Assembly (NCBI GenBank): GCA_028716565.1
Contig: JAQUPL010000004.1
Location: forward strand, 68,236 to 132,235
From: Candidatus Omnitrophota bacterium
GTDB lineage: Bacteria; Omnitrophota; Gorgyraeia; Pluralincolimonadales; Pluralincolimonadaceae
Direction of reading: 5' to 3'
Length of the DNA: 64,000 bases
The translations under genes were made by a program, and so were the position numbers. Positions 36,002 through 46,294 of this stretch are shown piece after piece. Below the pieces are notes generated by a model, which was given only the letters and a program-made list of their open reading frames with translations, ran no database searches and was not told the DNA's origin. Every line of letters starts with the position of its first letter. Position 1 is the first letter of the stretch.

Positions 36002-37438
36002 GTGGCTGATTTAATCGCTAGTTATTCAAATAATATTATGAACAATAAAATAAAATCCCGGATCACGCTCATTTACCCCGGAATAGGCATTTTCGGATTC
36101 GGTCAGGCCGGAAAAAGCGCCAGCGGTGAGATCAATTGGATACATCATGGTCTAGCGTCCATCGGCGCCTATATCAAAAGCAAAGGCTATGATGTCAAAC
36201 TTATCGATATGAGAACATTGAATTCCTGGGAAGATTTCAAAAGAACCGTTGAAAATTTAAATGCGGACATAATCGGTATCTCTATCTCAAATCTTGATTA
36301 TAAGGTAGCGATGAGAGCCGTAGAGATCATAAAAGGCTTGAAACCCTCAGCCAAAATAATTGCCGGCGGCTTAAATCCGACGATCTTTCCCGAAAGTTAC
36401 AAAAATAACCAAAAAATAGATTATATCGTTACGGGGGAAGGCGAAATTACCTTCACAAAAATAGTCCAGGGATTAGAAAATAATGCGGATTTGCCGAAAT
36501 TCAACAAAGGAGAAGTCCCGGACCTGGATGAATTGCCCTGGGCTGACCGGAATTTATTCGATTATTCCAGAGAGATGAACTGCCACTTTACGCCGGACCA
36601 AGCGCTTCCCCATGTTACAATGATCGCCGGCCGCGGGTGCCCGTATCAATGCGCCTACTGCCAACCGGCGGAAAATCTGACTTATGGCAGGCCCCACCGA
36701 ATGATAAGTCCTCAAAATGTCATAGCAGAAATAAGGTCGCTAAAAAATGAATTTGACTTCAAAAGCATAACTTTTTGGGATGACACCTTCACCGTAAATC
36801 CGGAATGGACCCTTGAATTCTGCGATCTTTACGAAAAAGAAAAGTTCGGGGTAGCTATTACTGCCTGCAACAGGGCTGACATTATTTGCAGAAATGAAAA
36901 CATAGTAAAACGCTTAAGCGAAATCGGCGTTGATTGTTTCGTGATAGGCTTCGAAAGCGGCAGCCAAAGAATCCTAGATCTCCTTAAAAAAGGGACTACC
37001 GTTGAACAAAATTATAAGGCCGCAAGTATCTGCAAAAAACACGGCATAAAAATATTTGCGACTTTTATGCTCGGGCTTCCCACCGAGACCAAAGAAGAAC
37101 AATCGGCGACCGCCAAAATGATAATGAAGATAAAACCGGACTACATCAGCCCCTTTTATTTTGTGCCCATAAAGGGGACGGAGATCTATGATCTATGCAG
37201 GGAAAAAGATCTTATACTCCCGGATTTGACCGATCCCTTTGCCATAGAAAGAACCGGAGTGTACAGGCCAACGATCAAGAATATAGACTATAAATTTTTA
37301 GACAGGTTAAAATTAAGGATCTTTTATAAAAAATTAGCATTACAGTTGATAAAAGAGTGCCTCAGGGACCCCTCGAAGATCGTTCCTACCATAATTAAAA
37401 TAATAAAAAAGCTGATCTATTGGAGCGAACCGGCTTAA
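36002..37438 (+). CDS. B12-binding-domain radical SAM enzyme
   Basis: It has an N-terminal B12-binding-like domain and the motif AGRGCPYQCAYCQ. It is 478 aa. Confidence 0.85.
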   Translation: MADLIASYSNNIMNNKIKSRITLIYPGIGIFGFGQAGKSASGEINWIHHGLASIGAYIKSKGYDVKLIDMRTLNSWEDFKRTVENLNADIIGISISNLDYKVAMRAVEIIKGLKPSAKIIAGGLNPTIFPESYKNNQKIDYIVTGEGEITFTKIVQGLENNADLPKFNKGEVPDLDELPWADRNLFDYSREMNCHFTPDQALPHVTMIAGRGCPYQCAYCQPAENLTYGRPHRMISPQNVIAEIRSLKNEFDFKSITFWDDTFTVNPEWTLEFCDLYEKEKFGVAITACNRADIICRNENIVKRLSEIGVDCFVIGFESGSQRILDLLKKGTTVEQNYKAASICKKHGIKIFATFMLGLPTETKEEQSATAKMIMKIKPDYISPFYFVPIKGTEIYDLCREKDLILPDLTDPFAIERTGVYRPTIKNIDYKFLDRLKLRIFYKKLALQLIKECLRDPSKIVPTIIKIIKKLIYWSEPA

Positions 37439-37459
37439 TAAACTAACCGCTGCGCTTCT

Positions 37460-38995
37460 TTATCGAACTGCGGTATGGATTGGGCCATGTTTACTTACCA
37501 GTCTCTTATCGAAATCGTCCAAGTAATTCACTAGCCATATGACCACGCTAAAAATCACAAAATATAAGGATCCCGCCCCGATGAAACCAAGCCATCCCGT
37601 CTGTCCCGTCTGTTTAATCAGGATATAAACGGCTAAAAGGGCCGCGATACACGCCATAAGAGGTTTAGGCAATATTTTTCCGCTGAACTTCCAGAGGGGT
37701 ATATTCATGACCTTGTGAGCCGCAAAAATAAAATAAATAGCTGCGATAATCATGGAGACTGCCGTCCCGATAACTACGCCAAAGTAACCTATTTTAACCA
37801 CTAATAAAATGCTCAAGGTTAACTTGAGAAAAGTAGAAAGGATCGAGCTCCTCATCCCATATTGAGGCTTTCCTAAACCATTTAAAATAAAAAAACCGGG
37901 CCCCGTTATCATGTTAAAAAAATAACCTACTATAAGGATTTGCAGCGTTAAAGCGGTCATTTCATATCCTTTACCTAACCATAATGCTATAAAGGGGTTG
38001 GCCAATAGGATCGCTGCTACCGACATCGGAAGTCCGATTAGAATAACGTATTTCATCGAGCGGAAGTATAATTTATGCAGCGTTTCCTTATCGTCCCTTG
38101 CATCCAGTTCTGAAGCGGCGGGGAAAACCGCTGAAACCAACAGCAGGGGTAATTCTCTTATCTTAGAGGCCAATTGCGCGGCGACAGAATAGTAAGTAAC
38201 AAATCCTAAATTCAAGAAATACACCAATATAAACTTGTCTATCTGAAAATGAAGCATGCCGGCAATCGCCGATACCTGCATCTTATATCCAAATCCAAAC
38301 AGCTTCCTGAATATCGCCCTGCTAAACAACAAAGGATTGAATCTTAACTCGGGCAATATCTTGAAAGCGATGGCTATGCCGATCACGCTGCTTATAACAA
38401 AAAAAATGGCCATATTGACCATTAATCCCGGCAGGCCATACCCTTTTTCCAGGAAAAAAATTGTCCCGGCAGCGCTCGGTATCGAGAGTGATATCGCCAC
38501 TTTATTTGTAATATCCATCCTCTGCAAGCCGCCTTGGATCGCCAGAAAGGGGCTTAAAGCGTTGGTAACACCAAAGAGGACGATCCCGAGTAAAAAGACA
38601 AATAACGCCTCATTGTACAGATGGGTGGGGATCTTAAAAAGGGCAAGCAGCGGGTTAATAATAAAAAAGGTTGAAATAATAATGAATATCGCAAATATGG
38701 AATAAAAAACAAAGCCTGTGTTAACGACCTGATTTATTTTTTCATAATCTTTTTTCGCATAAAACTCAGCGATGTATTTTACAAAGGAGCTGCCGATCCC
38801 AAAATCAAACAAACTAAAATAACCGGTTATCGCCCCTACGATCGCCAGTATCCCGAATCTCTCGATACCGATATGGTGGATAATGTAGGGGGTCAAAAAT
38901 AAAGCAATTAAAATCCCCCAAAAATCACCGGCGGCATTAAAAACGGTATTCCTGATTATCTTTTGCGATAGACTCTGTTTTGTTTTAGCCGCCAT
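37460..38995 (-). CDS. Wzx-type polysaccharide or oligosaccharide flippase (MOP superfamily)
   Basis: It is 511 aa with at least 12 TM helices and polysaccharide-biosynthesis-protein family features. Confidence 0.8.
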   Translation of the reverse strand: MAAKTKQSLSQKIIRNTVFNAAGDFWGILIALFLTPYIIHHIGIERFGILAIVGAITGYFSLFDFGIGSSFVKYIAEFYAKKDYEKINQVVNTGFVFYSIFAIFIIISTFFIINPLLALFKIPTHLYNEALFVFLLGIVLFGVTNALSPFLAIQGGLQRMDITNKVAISLSIPSAAGTIFFLEKGYGLPGLMVNMAIFFVISSVIGIAIAFKILPELRFNPLLFSRAIFRKLFGFGYKMQVSAIAGMLHFQIDKFILVYFLNLGFVTYYSVAAQLASKIRELPLLLVSAVFPAASELDARDDKETLHKLYFRSMKYVILIGLPMSVAAILLANPFIALWLGKGYEMTALTLQILIVGYFFNMITGPGFFILNGLGKPQYGMRSSILSTFLKLTLSILLVVKIGYFGVVIGTAVSMIIAAIYFIFAAHKVMNIPLWKFSGKILPKPLMACIAALLAVYILIKQTGQTGWLGFIGAGSLYFVIFSVVIWLVNYLDDFDKRLVSKHGPIHTAVR

Positions 38996-39001
38996 TTATC
39001 T

Positions 39002-40282
39002 TCAGCTTGCTTTTTCCTCGGACAGACGGGGTAACACCATGACCATAGCCGTCAAAAACCAGAAGGGCTCCATTATGCGCACTATGATAAAACTATTTGC
39101 CGTCAACGCCTGGACCATAAGCCCCATCAAACAAACGAGCAAGCCCAAACTTAAGCCCCTGTAAAAACCATCCTTCATATTTTGAAAATTCCAGTATGCC
39201 TGGCGGAAGATAGTCGATAGGATCCAGAAGAAAACCGCTATGCCAAGCAAACCGATCTCGCCCAACATAAGAAAATAGTTGCTGTCGATAAACCCAACGC
39301 CCGTTACGCCCCACCCGAAGAAAGGCTTCTTGGGAAGCCTGTCGGTTATGATCCATTCCCAACTTACTATCCTCAACATAGCCGACCCCTCTAAAGTTAC
39401 CGGTAATTTTTTTCCGGCCACTTCATATTCCTTGGTTATAGAATCCGGTACAAAGGTCTCCTCTATTCTATGTTTTACGAAATCGGGTAAAACTATCGGC
39501 AGCGCTAAAATAACGGCGGTCAAAAGGACCACGAGAATAGGGCTCTTCTGTTTGTGCAGCACGGTAAGCGCGATCGCCATCGGCGGTAATCCTATCCAGG
39601 CGCCTCTTGAAAGCGTGTGGAAAAAAGGCAGAAGAGTAAAAAGGAACAAGCCGAAAAGTAACAGGCGCGAGCTAAACCGTTTCAAGCATAAGACCAGCCC
39701 CCAGCACAGGGCCATTATTATCAACAGGTATCCGGAAAGGGTATTCGGCTCGGACTCCCCCTCAAACGGCGCTGAAACCCTCGCTTCCGTTCCGAACTGG
39801 GTCCAGGCGTAGATACAGATTATAAACGCGGTCAATAAAAACACAAAGGTAAACGCCTTTAGCTGTTCCCTGCTTTTAATAATATTGGAGATCATGTAAT
39901 ATAACAAAAAATACTCAAAATATTTCAATAAATAAAAGAGGCTTTTGACCGGGATGATCCAGCCGCCGGCGATGCCCCACGCCGTCGAAAGAATAGAAAT
40001 TGTCACATAAACCGCTATCGGCAGGTTCAGGGGGGTATTTTTCAACAGGCCTAATTGCTTATTCATGGCCATTTTTGCCAGCCAGGTCAAGAAGACCACG
40101 CAGAGTAGTATATCGTCGATCCTGATGACTACGGCCTGGCGGGGGACCTGCGCTACCTCTAATTCGGGAGAAAGGAGCATGGAAAAGAGAAGCAATATTA
40201 CCGCGGCATCGGTATTTACCAGGACGAGAATGCCGGCGAATAGACAAATCAACGCTATGGATGGAATGAGAAATTCACCCAA
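39002..40282 (-). CDS. O-antigen ligase/Wzy-family polymerase-like membrane protein
   Basis: It is polytopic and has the Wzy_C-type motif FHTLSRGAWIGL. Confidence 0.75.
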   Translation of the reverse strand: MGEFLIPSIALICLFAGILVLVNTDAAVILLLFSMLLSPELEVAQVPRQAVVIRIDDILLCVVFLTWLAKMAMNKQLGLLKNTPLNLPIAVYVTISILSTAWGIAGGWIIPVKSLFYLLKYFEYFLLYYMISNIIKSREQLKAFTFVFLLTAFIICIYAWTQFGTEARVSAPFEGESEPNTLSGYLLIIMALCWGLVLCLKRFSSRLLLFGLFLFTLLPFFHTLSRGAWIGLPPMAIALTVLHKQKSPILVVLLTAVILALPIVLPDFVKHRIEETFVPDSITKEYEVAGKKLPVTLEGSAMLRIVSWEWIITDRLPKKPFFGWGVTGVGFIDSNYFLMLGEIGLLGIAVFFWILSTIFRQAYWNFQNMKDGFYRGLSLGLLVCLMGLMVQALTANSFIIVRIMEPFWFLTAMVMVLPRLSEEKAS

Positions 40283-40369
40283 TCAAAAATACCCCCCTTT
40301 ATTCCTCAAGGATATTTTATGCGGAAAATGAGGCCGCCTGAGGATGAAAACCGGTATAACCAAAGAGTA

Positions 40370-42280
40370 TCATGTCTCTTTCACGCCCCGGCCGGGCTTC
40401 TCTTCATGAGGCTTATAGTGATAATAATAACTCGAATACATCTCTACTTCAGGTGAGATATTATTTAAGACCACTCCTTTGACAGGCGCCTTTACGGATT
40501 CCAATTGTATTTTTGCGCGATGGAGCGCGCTCCTGGATATCTTCCCAGCCTCATAAAGTAAAATCACCGCATTTACATTCGGCGCAAGCACAGACGGGTC
40601 GGTAACCGCCAAAACCGGCGGGGAATCCAATAATACGACGTCGTATTTCTCCCTCATCTTCTTGAGAAAGTTAACCATATTTTGCGAACCGAGAAGTTCC
40701 GCCGGGTTTTGAACAGTTGAACCGGAAGTTAAAACATTCAGGTTGTCTATGCCGGGGATCTTCAACGCCTCATCCCAGCCGAGCCCGATAAGAAAATCTG
40801 TTAAACCCCTTATTGAACTTTCCGTCGCAGTGCCCAATAGGATATCGGCAAGCCCGGGTTTTTTGTCTTTGAACCCGAAGATCTTATGGATTATGGAACG
40901 TCTTAGATCGGCGTCGATCAGGAGGACTCTTTTACCCATCTGCGCCATTGTAAGCCCTAAATTTGCGATCGTTATCGATTTGCCTTCGCCGGGTCCCGTG
41001 CTCGTTAATAATAAATTCTTCCCGTTAAGCTCTCCGCCAAAGACTTCTATTTGTATGCTCGTATACAAAATCCGGTATGCCTCGATGATCGGAGATTTGT
41101 TCGGATAATTTATGATCAGTTGTTGCTTCAGCTGCGATAATTTATCGTCTTCCTTGACGTCCTTTATTATAGAAACTTTCTCCCTGAAGCTCTTCTTTTC
41201 TTCGCCTCTGATCGGTAAGTGGGGGATCACTCCCAAAACGGGCAGCTTGATTACGCTTTCAATATCCTCTATCGTCCCTAATGAGGTATCTAAGTGTTCC
41301 GTGACAAAAGCCGAAACAAAACTCAAAGTCAGGCCCACGATCACCCCCATCAGCAAATTCAATACGCGGTCCGGCTTCATGGGACGCACCGGGACGCTCG
41401 CGGGATCGACTATATTGACATCGGAAACCTCCTCCGCCTCGGCGAACTGCGCTTCATGGAACCTATCTTCTAATTCCCGATATGCCTTTTCGTTCATCTG
41501 GAATTCCCGGGTCAGCCGCGCAAATTCGAGTTCCGTTTCCGACATCTTCTCGAGCCGCTCCTTTATTCCCTGGATTTGTTCTTTTATTTTTACTACGTCG
41601 GGGTGAAGTTCGGTATACGTCAAAAGCAGCTCGGCCCTTTTGCTTTCAAGCTCTACCAGTTTATTTTGAAGCGGGACCGCGATGCCCGCCGCCGCTTCTT
41701 TCCTCCTGAATTCCATAAGAGCGACTTCGGACGCCCTTAACTTCTCCTTGATCTCTTCCATCCTTTTCTCGACAAACTCGCGCACAGAGCGGGCCTGCTT
41801 ATTCTTTTCCTTTAGATTTTCGACGACAAACGCCTTGGTGATGACGTTAGCGATCGCGGCGGCCTTCCGCGGGTCTCTATTGACCACGTCGATGCGGATG
41901 AGGTTGGTATTAGTCACGATCTCCGTCGAGATGGATGCTTCCACGGACGAGACCATCTTCTGGAACTCTTCTTCGGTTGGGTGGGTGCCGGCCAAATTTA
42001 ATTCCCTGACGACCGCTTCTGCGACCGGCTTGCTTTTTATGATCCTCGACTGGGAAAGAAGCGGGTCTCCCGGGGAAACGACAAATACCTCCGTTAATAA
42101 CTTTCCGAAGGTTTTCTTTTCGGCTATGCTGACGGTCGCGGAGGCTTTATATGCCGGTTCTTCGAGAAGCGTATAAGCGGCGGTTAAGGCCAAGACGATG
42201 CCAAAAGTAAGAAAAACTATCGTCTTTCTTTTTCGTAAAATAACCCAATAGTCGCGCAGGTTTAATTCATACTGCGGCAT
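40370..42280 (-). CDS. Wzc-like polysaccharide co-polymerase / bacterial tyrosine autokinase
   Basis: It has an N-terminal Wzz chain-length domain, a long coiled coil and a C-terminal P-loop GPGEGKSITIANLGLTMAQMGKRVLLIDADLRRS. Confidence 0.85.
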   Translation of the reverse strand: MPQYELNLRDYWVILRKRKTIVFLTFGIVLALTAAYTLLEEPAYKASATVSIAEKKTFGKLLTEVFVVSPGDPLLSQSRIIKSKPVAEAVVRELNLAGTHPTEEEFQKMVSSVEASISTEIVTNTNLIRIDVVNRDPRKAAAIANVITKAFVVENLKEKNKQARSVREFVEKRMEEIKEKLRASEVALMEFRRKEAAAGIAVPLQNKLVELESKRAELLLTYTELHPDVVKIKEQIQGIKERLEKMSETELEFARLTREFQMNEKAYRELEDRFHEAQFAEAEEVSDVNIVDPASVPVRPMKPDRVLNLLMGVIVGLTLSFVSAFVTEHLDTSLGTIEDIESVIKLPVLGVIPHLPIRGEEKKSFREKVSIIKDVKEDDKLSQLKQQLIINYPNKSPIIEAYRILYTSIQIEVFGGELNGKNLLLTSTGPGEGKSITIANLGLTMAQMGKRVLLIDADLRRSIIHKIFGFKDKKPGLADILLGTATESSIRGLTDFLIGLGWDEALKIPGIDNLNVLTSGSTVQNPAELLGSQNMVNFLKKMREKYDVVLLDSPPVLAVTDPSVLAPNVNAVILLYEAGKISRSALHRAKIQLESVKAPVKGVVLNNISPEVEMYSSYYYHYKPHEEKPGRGVKET

Positions 42281-42338
42281 TTATGCTCCCTGACAGAACT
42301 CTTTTATTTTCATAAACTTGGCATTGATTATATAACAT

Positions 42339-43388
42339 CTATGGCGAGGTGTCAAGCAACGAACCTGCCGCCTTGGAAGATTCGACGAAAATCGCTTTAA
42401 AATGAAAGAGATAAAGGCGCAGGAGCGAGTACCCGGGCAGATAAACGGCCCTCAAAACGCTTGGGCGCGGCAGGATGATCTCGAATAAGTATAAAAGCTT
42501 ATCCTTAAGCTTTTCCAAAGATAACAGGATAAAATAGAACCTTACCTTTTCGGATATATCTTTATGTATCGCCAGATCAAGGATCTTCCTCGTTAAGATG
42601 TTTTCAGCCGGCGGTTTTAATTTTTCCAAGATTTCCCGTGGGACCCGGATCCCGATTTTTATTTCGGCGGCGATAAGACAGTAGTAAACAGGGCTTTTGA
42701 CCCTAAATCTGCGGCATTTATCCAGGAACCTGGCCCAATCAAATACATTTTCATACGCATTTAATAACGCGCAAATATCCACGAACCAGATCAGCCTCTT
42801 CAACCCGTGGTGATAAAACAGGTGCAGGCAGAGCGAGATCAGCTGGTCCTCGGGCGAGAGGACCCTGACCTTTCTCCCGCTCAAAGCTATGGAACCGGAA
42901 TCTCTCCATAACTCGGCGTTATCGATATTGCAGGTTTTATGCCGGCTTTTCACCCTGACCGAATTTAATATGCTCGAATGGATATCAATGGCTATTTCGC
43001 CGTTATAAAAATCCTCCCGGCAATATTCTTCGCAAGCGTAGCCTAATTCGTTTAACTTATTTTTCGCGCGCGGAAAATCGCTTTCTTCGATTAAAAGGTC
43101 AATATCGGTTATGGGGCGTACGGCTATATTGGGGTATACCGTATCCATCAGCGAGAGGCCTTTTAAGACTATCGCATCGATACCCGCCGTTTCAAAAGCG
43201 GCCAGAACTTCGTTTAATTTCTCTTGAGCGAATAAATTGAAAGATGCGTTATTATAATAATGGCGGGCTAATCCTGAAACGAATTCAGGCGGTAATGAAT
43301 CCGAAAGGCCGGTATTTTTGATGCTATAATACAAAAGGGCGCTGAGCCCTTCCTCATGCGCCCTTTTTGCTAATTCATCAAAAACCAT
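42339..43388 (-). CDS. Uncharacterised nucleotidyltransferase-family protein (NTP_transf_5-like)
   Basis: It is 349 aa and has the Pol-beta-type NTase core with conserved Asp residues (...ITDIDLLIEESDF...). The family assignment is by recognition only. Confidence 0.55.
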   Translation of the reverse strand: MVFDELAKRAHEEGLSALLYYSIKNTGLSDSLPPEFVSGLARHYYNNASFNLFAQEKLNEVLAAFETAGIDAIVLKGLSLMDTVYPNIAVRPITDIDLLIEESDFPRAKNKLNELGYACEEYCREDFYNGEIAIDIHSSILNSVRVKSRHKTCNIDNAELWRDSGSIALSGRKVRVLSPEDQLISLCLHLFYHHGLKRLIWFVDICALLNAYENVFDWARFLDKCRRFRVKSPVYYCLIAAEIKIGIRVPREILEKLKPPAENILTRKILDLAIHKDISEKVRFYFILLSLEKLKDKLLYLFEIILPRPSVLRAVYLPGYSLLRLYLFHFKAIFVESSKAAGSLLDTSP

Positions 43389-43389
43389 T

Positions 43390-44169
43390 CTACCAGCCGG
43401 GGTTGATGATTTGTTTAGTCAAAATATATGAGGTCAACGGTTGATTTATCTTCGTGAAGAAATCTGTGGCGTTTGATATGAACGAGCGGGAGACAAAAAC
43501 GATGTCATTAGGCTGCAATAAAATATTGTTGCGTAAATTTGCCTTTGTATAGATATTTGCCACATCGATCTTTATAAGCTGGGGGTCTTTATTCTTAGTA
43601 ATATCCCCCCGTATCACCAGAACGCTTCTCGGAACCGCGTCAAGAGTGAACCCGCCGGCGCCGCTGATAGCCTCTATAAGCCGTACTTGTCCGCCATACT
43701 TATAAACACCCGGGCTCTTGACTTCACCTAATATAAATACGCTCTTGCCCTCAAATTTCTTAAGGATGACGGTGACTTGCGGATGCCTGACGTAAACGGA
43801 AAATCTTTTCGTCAGTTCTTCGTTCAATCGGCTCATGCTTAATCCATAGACATCGACCTCGCCTATCAGCGGATATGAGATTTTCCCGTCCGGACGGACT
43901 GTTATTTCCTTGGAAAGTTCGCTAATGTCCCACACTGAAATTTCGATGACATCGCCCGTACCTATGTGATATTCCAAAGGCCTCGTCCAATATTCCTCTT
44001 CTACGGCGGCCGGGGCCGGTTCTGCTTCTTTAGGAGGCCCCCCCGCAAGATAACCTTTATTCCCGGCTTGGGCTTGGGCTTGTTTCTCCTCGGAAAAGAC
44101 AGGGGCGGGCAAAAAAGCTAGGAGGCAAAGGATAAGGCTTACTGCGATAAACTGATTTTTATCTTTCAT
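43390..44169 (-). CDS. Wza-type polysaccharide export protein (Poly_export plus SLBB)
   Basis: It has a signal peptide and the PLEYHIGTGDVIEISVWD...PDGKISYPLIGEV Poly_export motif. Confidence 0.8.
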   Translation of the reverse strand: MKDKNQFIAVSLILCLLAFLPAPVFSEEKQAQAQAGNKGYLAGGPPKEAEPAPAAVEEEYWTRPLEYHIGTGDVIEISVWDISELSKEITVRPDGKISYPLIGEVDVYGLSMSRLNEELTKRFSVYVRHPQVTVILKKFEGKSVFILGEVKSPGVYKYGGQVRLIEAISGAGGFTLDAVPRSVLVIRGDITKNKDPQLIKIDVANIYTKANLRNNILLQPNDIVFVSRSFISNATDFFTKINQPLTSYILTKQIINPGW

Positions 44170-44292
44170 CTCAGGGTCATTATAACAATATCTCCCCGCT
44201 TTTTCAATAACTTTATTAATATTAATAAACTGGTTGCCAATTACTTTTTGCGGTGGTATAGTTAGGCAAAGGCGAAATAAAAACCTAATCAG

Positions 44293-45075
44293 ATGAGACC
44301 TATATTGGAAGTAGACGGGGTAACCAAGGATTTTACCCCTCCCCTCTCTTTCGGAAAATTAATCAGGTTCGATCTCAGGCGCGGGATACCGGTCAGGGCG
44401 CTCGATGACGTTTCCTTCCGCCTTGATAGGGGGAAAATACTCGCTGTCCTAGGACCGAACGGAGCGGGCAAGACCACCCTTTTAAAGATAATCGCTACAC
44501 TCCTCCTGCCTGACAAGGGCGCTGTATCGTTCAACGGCTCTGATCTTGAAGAAAAGATAAAAATGTCCGTCGGATTGGTGACTGATGAAGAGAGAAGTTT
44601 CTACTGGCGCCTTACAGGCAGGCAAAATTTGGAATTTTTTGCCGCTCTCTACGGGCTCGACGGAAAAACCGCTAAATCCAGGATAAATGAGCTGTCGGGA
44701 TTATTTGCGGTCGATTACGCAGACAAAAGGTTCGATTCCTATTCGACCGGCATGAAGAGACGTTTTGCGTTAATGAGGGGGCTGCTCCACGACCCGGAAC
44801 TCCTATTGTTAGATGAACCGACCAAAAGCCTCGATTACGCCGCCGCCTTGAGCATGAGAAACTTCGTTAAAGAAACTTTAGTGAAAACACAAGGCAAAAC
44901 CGTAATACTCGCTACCCACCATATGGACGAAGCCCTGGATTTTTGTGACTTATTTATGATATTAAATAAGGGGAAACTCCGCGCCATGGGCTCGTTAGGA
45001 CAATTACGAAAGCAAGCAGGCGATCCCGCCGCTACGCTGGGAGAGATGTTCGTGAAACTGACTACGGGGTCGTAA
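44293..45075 (+). CDS. ABC transporter ATP-binding protein
   Basis: It has Walker A GPNGAGKTT, the signature YSTGMKRRFAL and Walker B LLLLDEPT. Confidence 0.85.
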   Translation: MRPILEVDGVTKDFTPPLSFGKLIRFDLRRGIPVRALDDVSFRLDRGKILAVLGPNGAGKTTLLKIIATLLLPDKGAVSFNGSDLEEKIKMSVGLVTDEERSFYWRLTGRQNLEFFAALYGLDGKTAKSRINELSGLFAVDYADKRFDSYSTGMKRRFALMRGLLHDPELLLLDEPTKSLDYAAALSMRNFVKETLVKTQGKTVILATHHMDEALDFCDLFMILNKGKLRAMGSLGQLRKQAGDPAATLGEMFVKLTTGS

Positions 45076-45076
45076 G

Positions 45077-45883
45077 GTGCACAAAATACCGCTGGCCTTC
45101 ATAAAGAAGGACTTCCTTATTGAGTCCAGTTATAAACTGGCTTTTCTTGCCAATATCTTCGGGGTCCTGCTAAGCCTGCTGGGTTATTTCTTCATCGATA
45201 AATTATTCGGCCGGATGATGGTCAGCCATTTGGAAGAATTTGGCGTGAATTATTTTTCCTATGTCTTGCTAGGCATGGCGTTTTTCAGTTATATCGGCAT
45301 CGGGTTGGGTTCTTTTTCAAACCGGATACAGTCCGAACAAACGCAGGGGACCTTAGAAGCGGTCCTCCTGACCCCCGCCGGGATATCTACCATATTATTC
45401 TCCATGGCCTTGTGGAACCTTATCTTCGCAACTGTAGACATGGTTATCTTTATCGCCCTGGGGATCTTTTTATTCAAAATAGACTTCACCGGCATAAATA
45501 TATTATCCGCTCTTGTAACGCTGCTTTTGACAGTTGCTTCCTTTAGCGGATTAGGGATAATATCCGCAAGTTTTGTAATGGTCTTCAAGCGCGGAAACCC
45601 TCTGGGCTGGATAATAAATAGTGTCGAGGGTTTAATAGGCGGGGTCTATTTCCCCGTTACCGTATTGCCGGGGTGGCTGCAATTCCTGGCGAAATTTTTT
45701 CCCATAACTTATGCTGTCCGGGCTATGGAATTATCTGTTTATAGGGGTTATTCTCTGGCACAGCTCGCCAAAGAGGTGGGATTCCTGTTGCTATTCTCCG
45801 TGCTGCTCATCCCATTAAGTATCGTTTTTTTTAAATACAGCGTAAAGAAGGCGAAGATGGATGGCAGCCTGGCACAGTATTAA
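45077..45883 (+). CDS. ABC-2 family transporter permease
   Basis: It is 268 aa with six predicted TM helices. It lies immediately downstream of the ATPase. Confidence 0.8.
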   Translation: MHKIPLAFIKKDFLIESSYKLAFLANIFGVLLSLLGYFFIDKLFGRMMVSHLEEFGVNYFSYVLLGMAFFSYIGIGLGSFSNRIQSEQTQGTLEAVLLTPAGISTILFSMALWNLIFATVDMVIFIALGIFLFKIDFTGINILSALVTLLLTVASFSGLGIISASFVMVFKRGNPLGWIINSVEGLIGGVYFPVTVLPGWLQFLAKFFPITYAVRAMELSVYRGYSLAQLAKEVGFLLLFSVLLIPLSIVFFKYSVKKAKMDGSLAQY

Positions 45884-46294
45884 ATGATATAACCCCAGGA
45901 CGCGATTGAGGGGCGCCAAAAAAAACGATTCGAGGTCTAACGTCAGCGCGCCTTTTTGGATATGGTATATCTTGCCGAACAGATCTTTGTGTCTGAAAGG
46001 CGCGTCGGCCGTAAAAGTCCTGTCTGATTTAGTAATGAGGAGATGACGATCGCCTTTGCCCCGTTTCATTATAAGCCTGTGGGCGCATAGCTTTCCTTTA
46101 ACGCCAAACACGGCTATATCGCCGATCTTGATCTCTTTGAAAGTGATGGGCCTTATGACGACGATATCCCCTTCTTTTATCAGCGGGCCCATGCTGTCCC
46201 CTCTCGCGCACAACCTAATCGCAGATCCTTCGCGAGCCATGACTTCTTTTATGATAGAGAATGATCTCATTCCATGCATCATCACGTCCGCCAT
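45815..46294 (-). CDS. S24/S26-family (LexA or signal-peptidase-I-like) serine peptidase
   Basis: It has ARGDSMGPLIKEGDIVVIRP, the catalytic-Ser motif and fold. It is 159 aa. Its 3' end overlaps the convergent ABC-2 permease gene by 69 nt. Confidence 0.6.
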   Translation of the reverse strand: MADVMMHGMRSFSIIKEVMAREGSAIRLCARGDSMGPLIKEGDIVVIRPITFKEIKIGDIAVFGVKGKLCAHRLIMKRGKGDRHLLITKSDRTFTADAPFRHKDLFGKIYHIQKGALTLDLESFFLAPLNRVLGLYHLILCQAAIHLRLLYAVFKKNDT

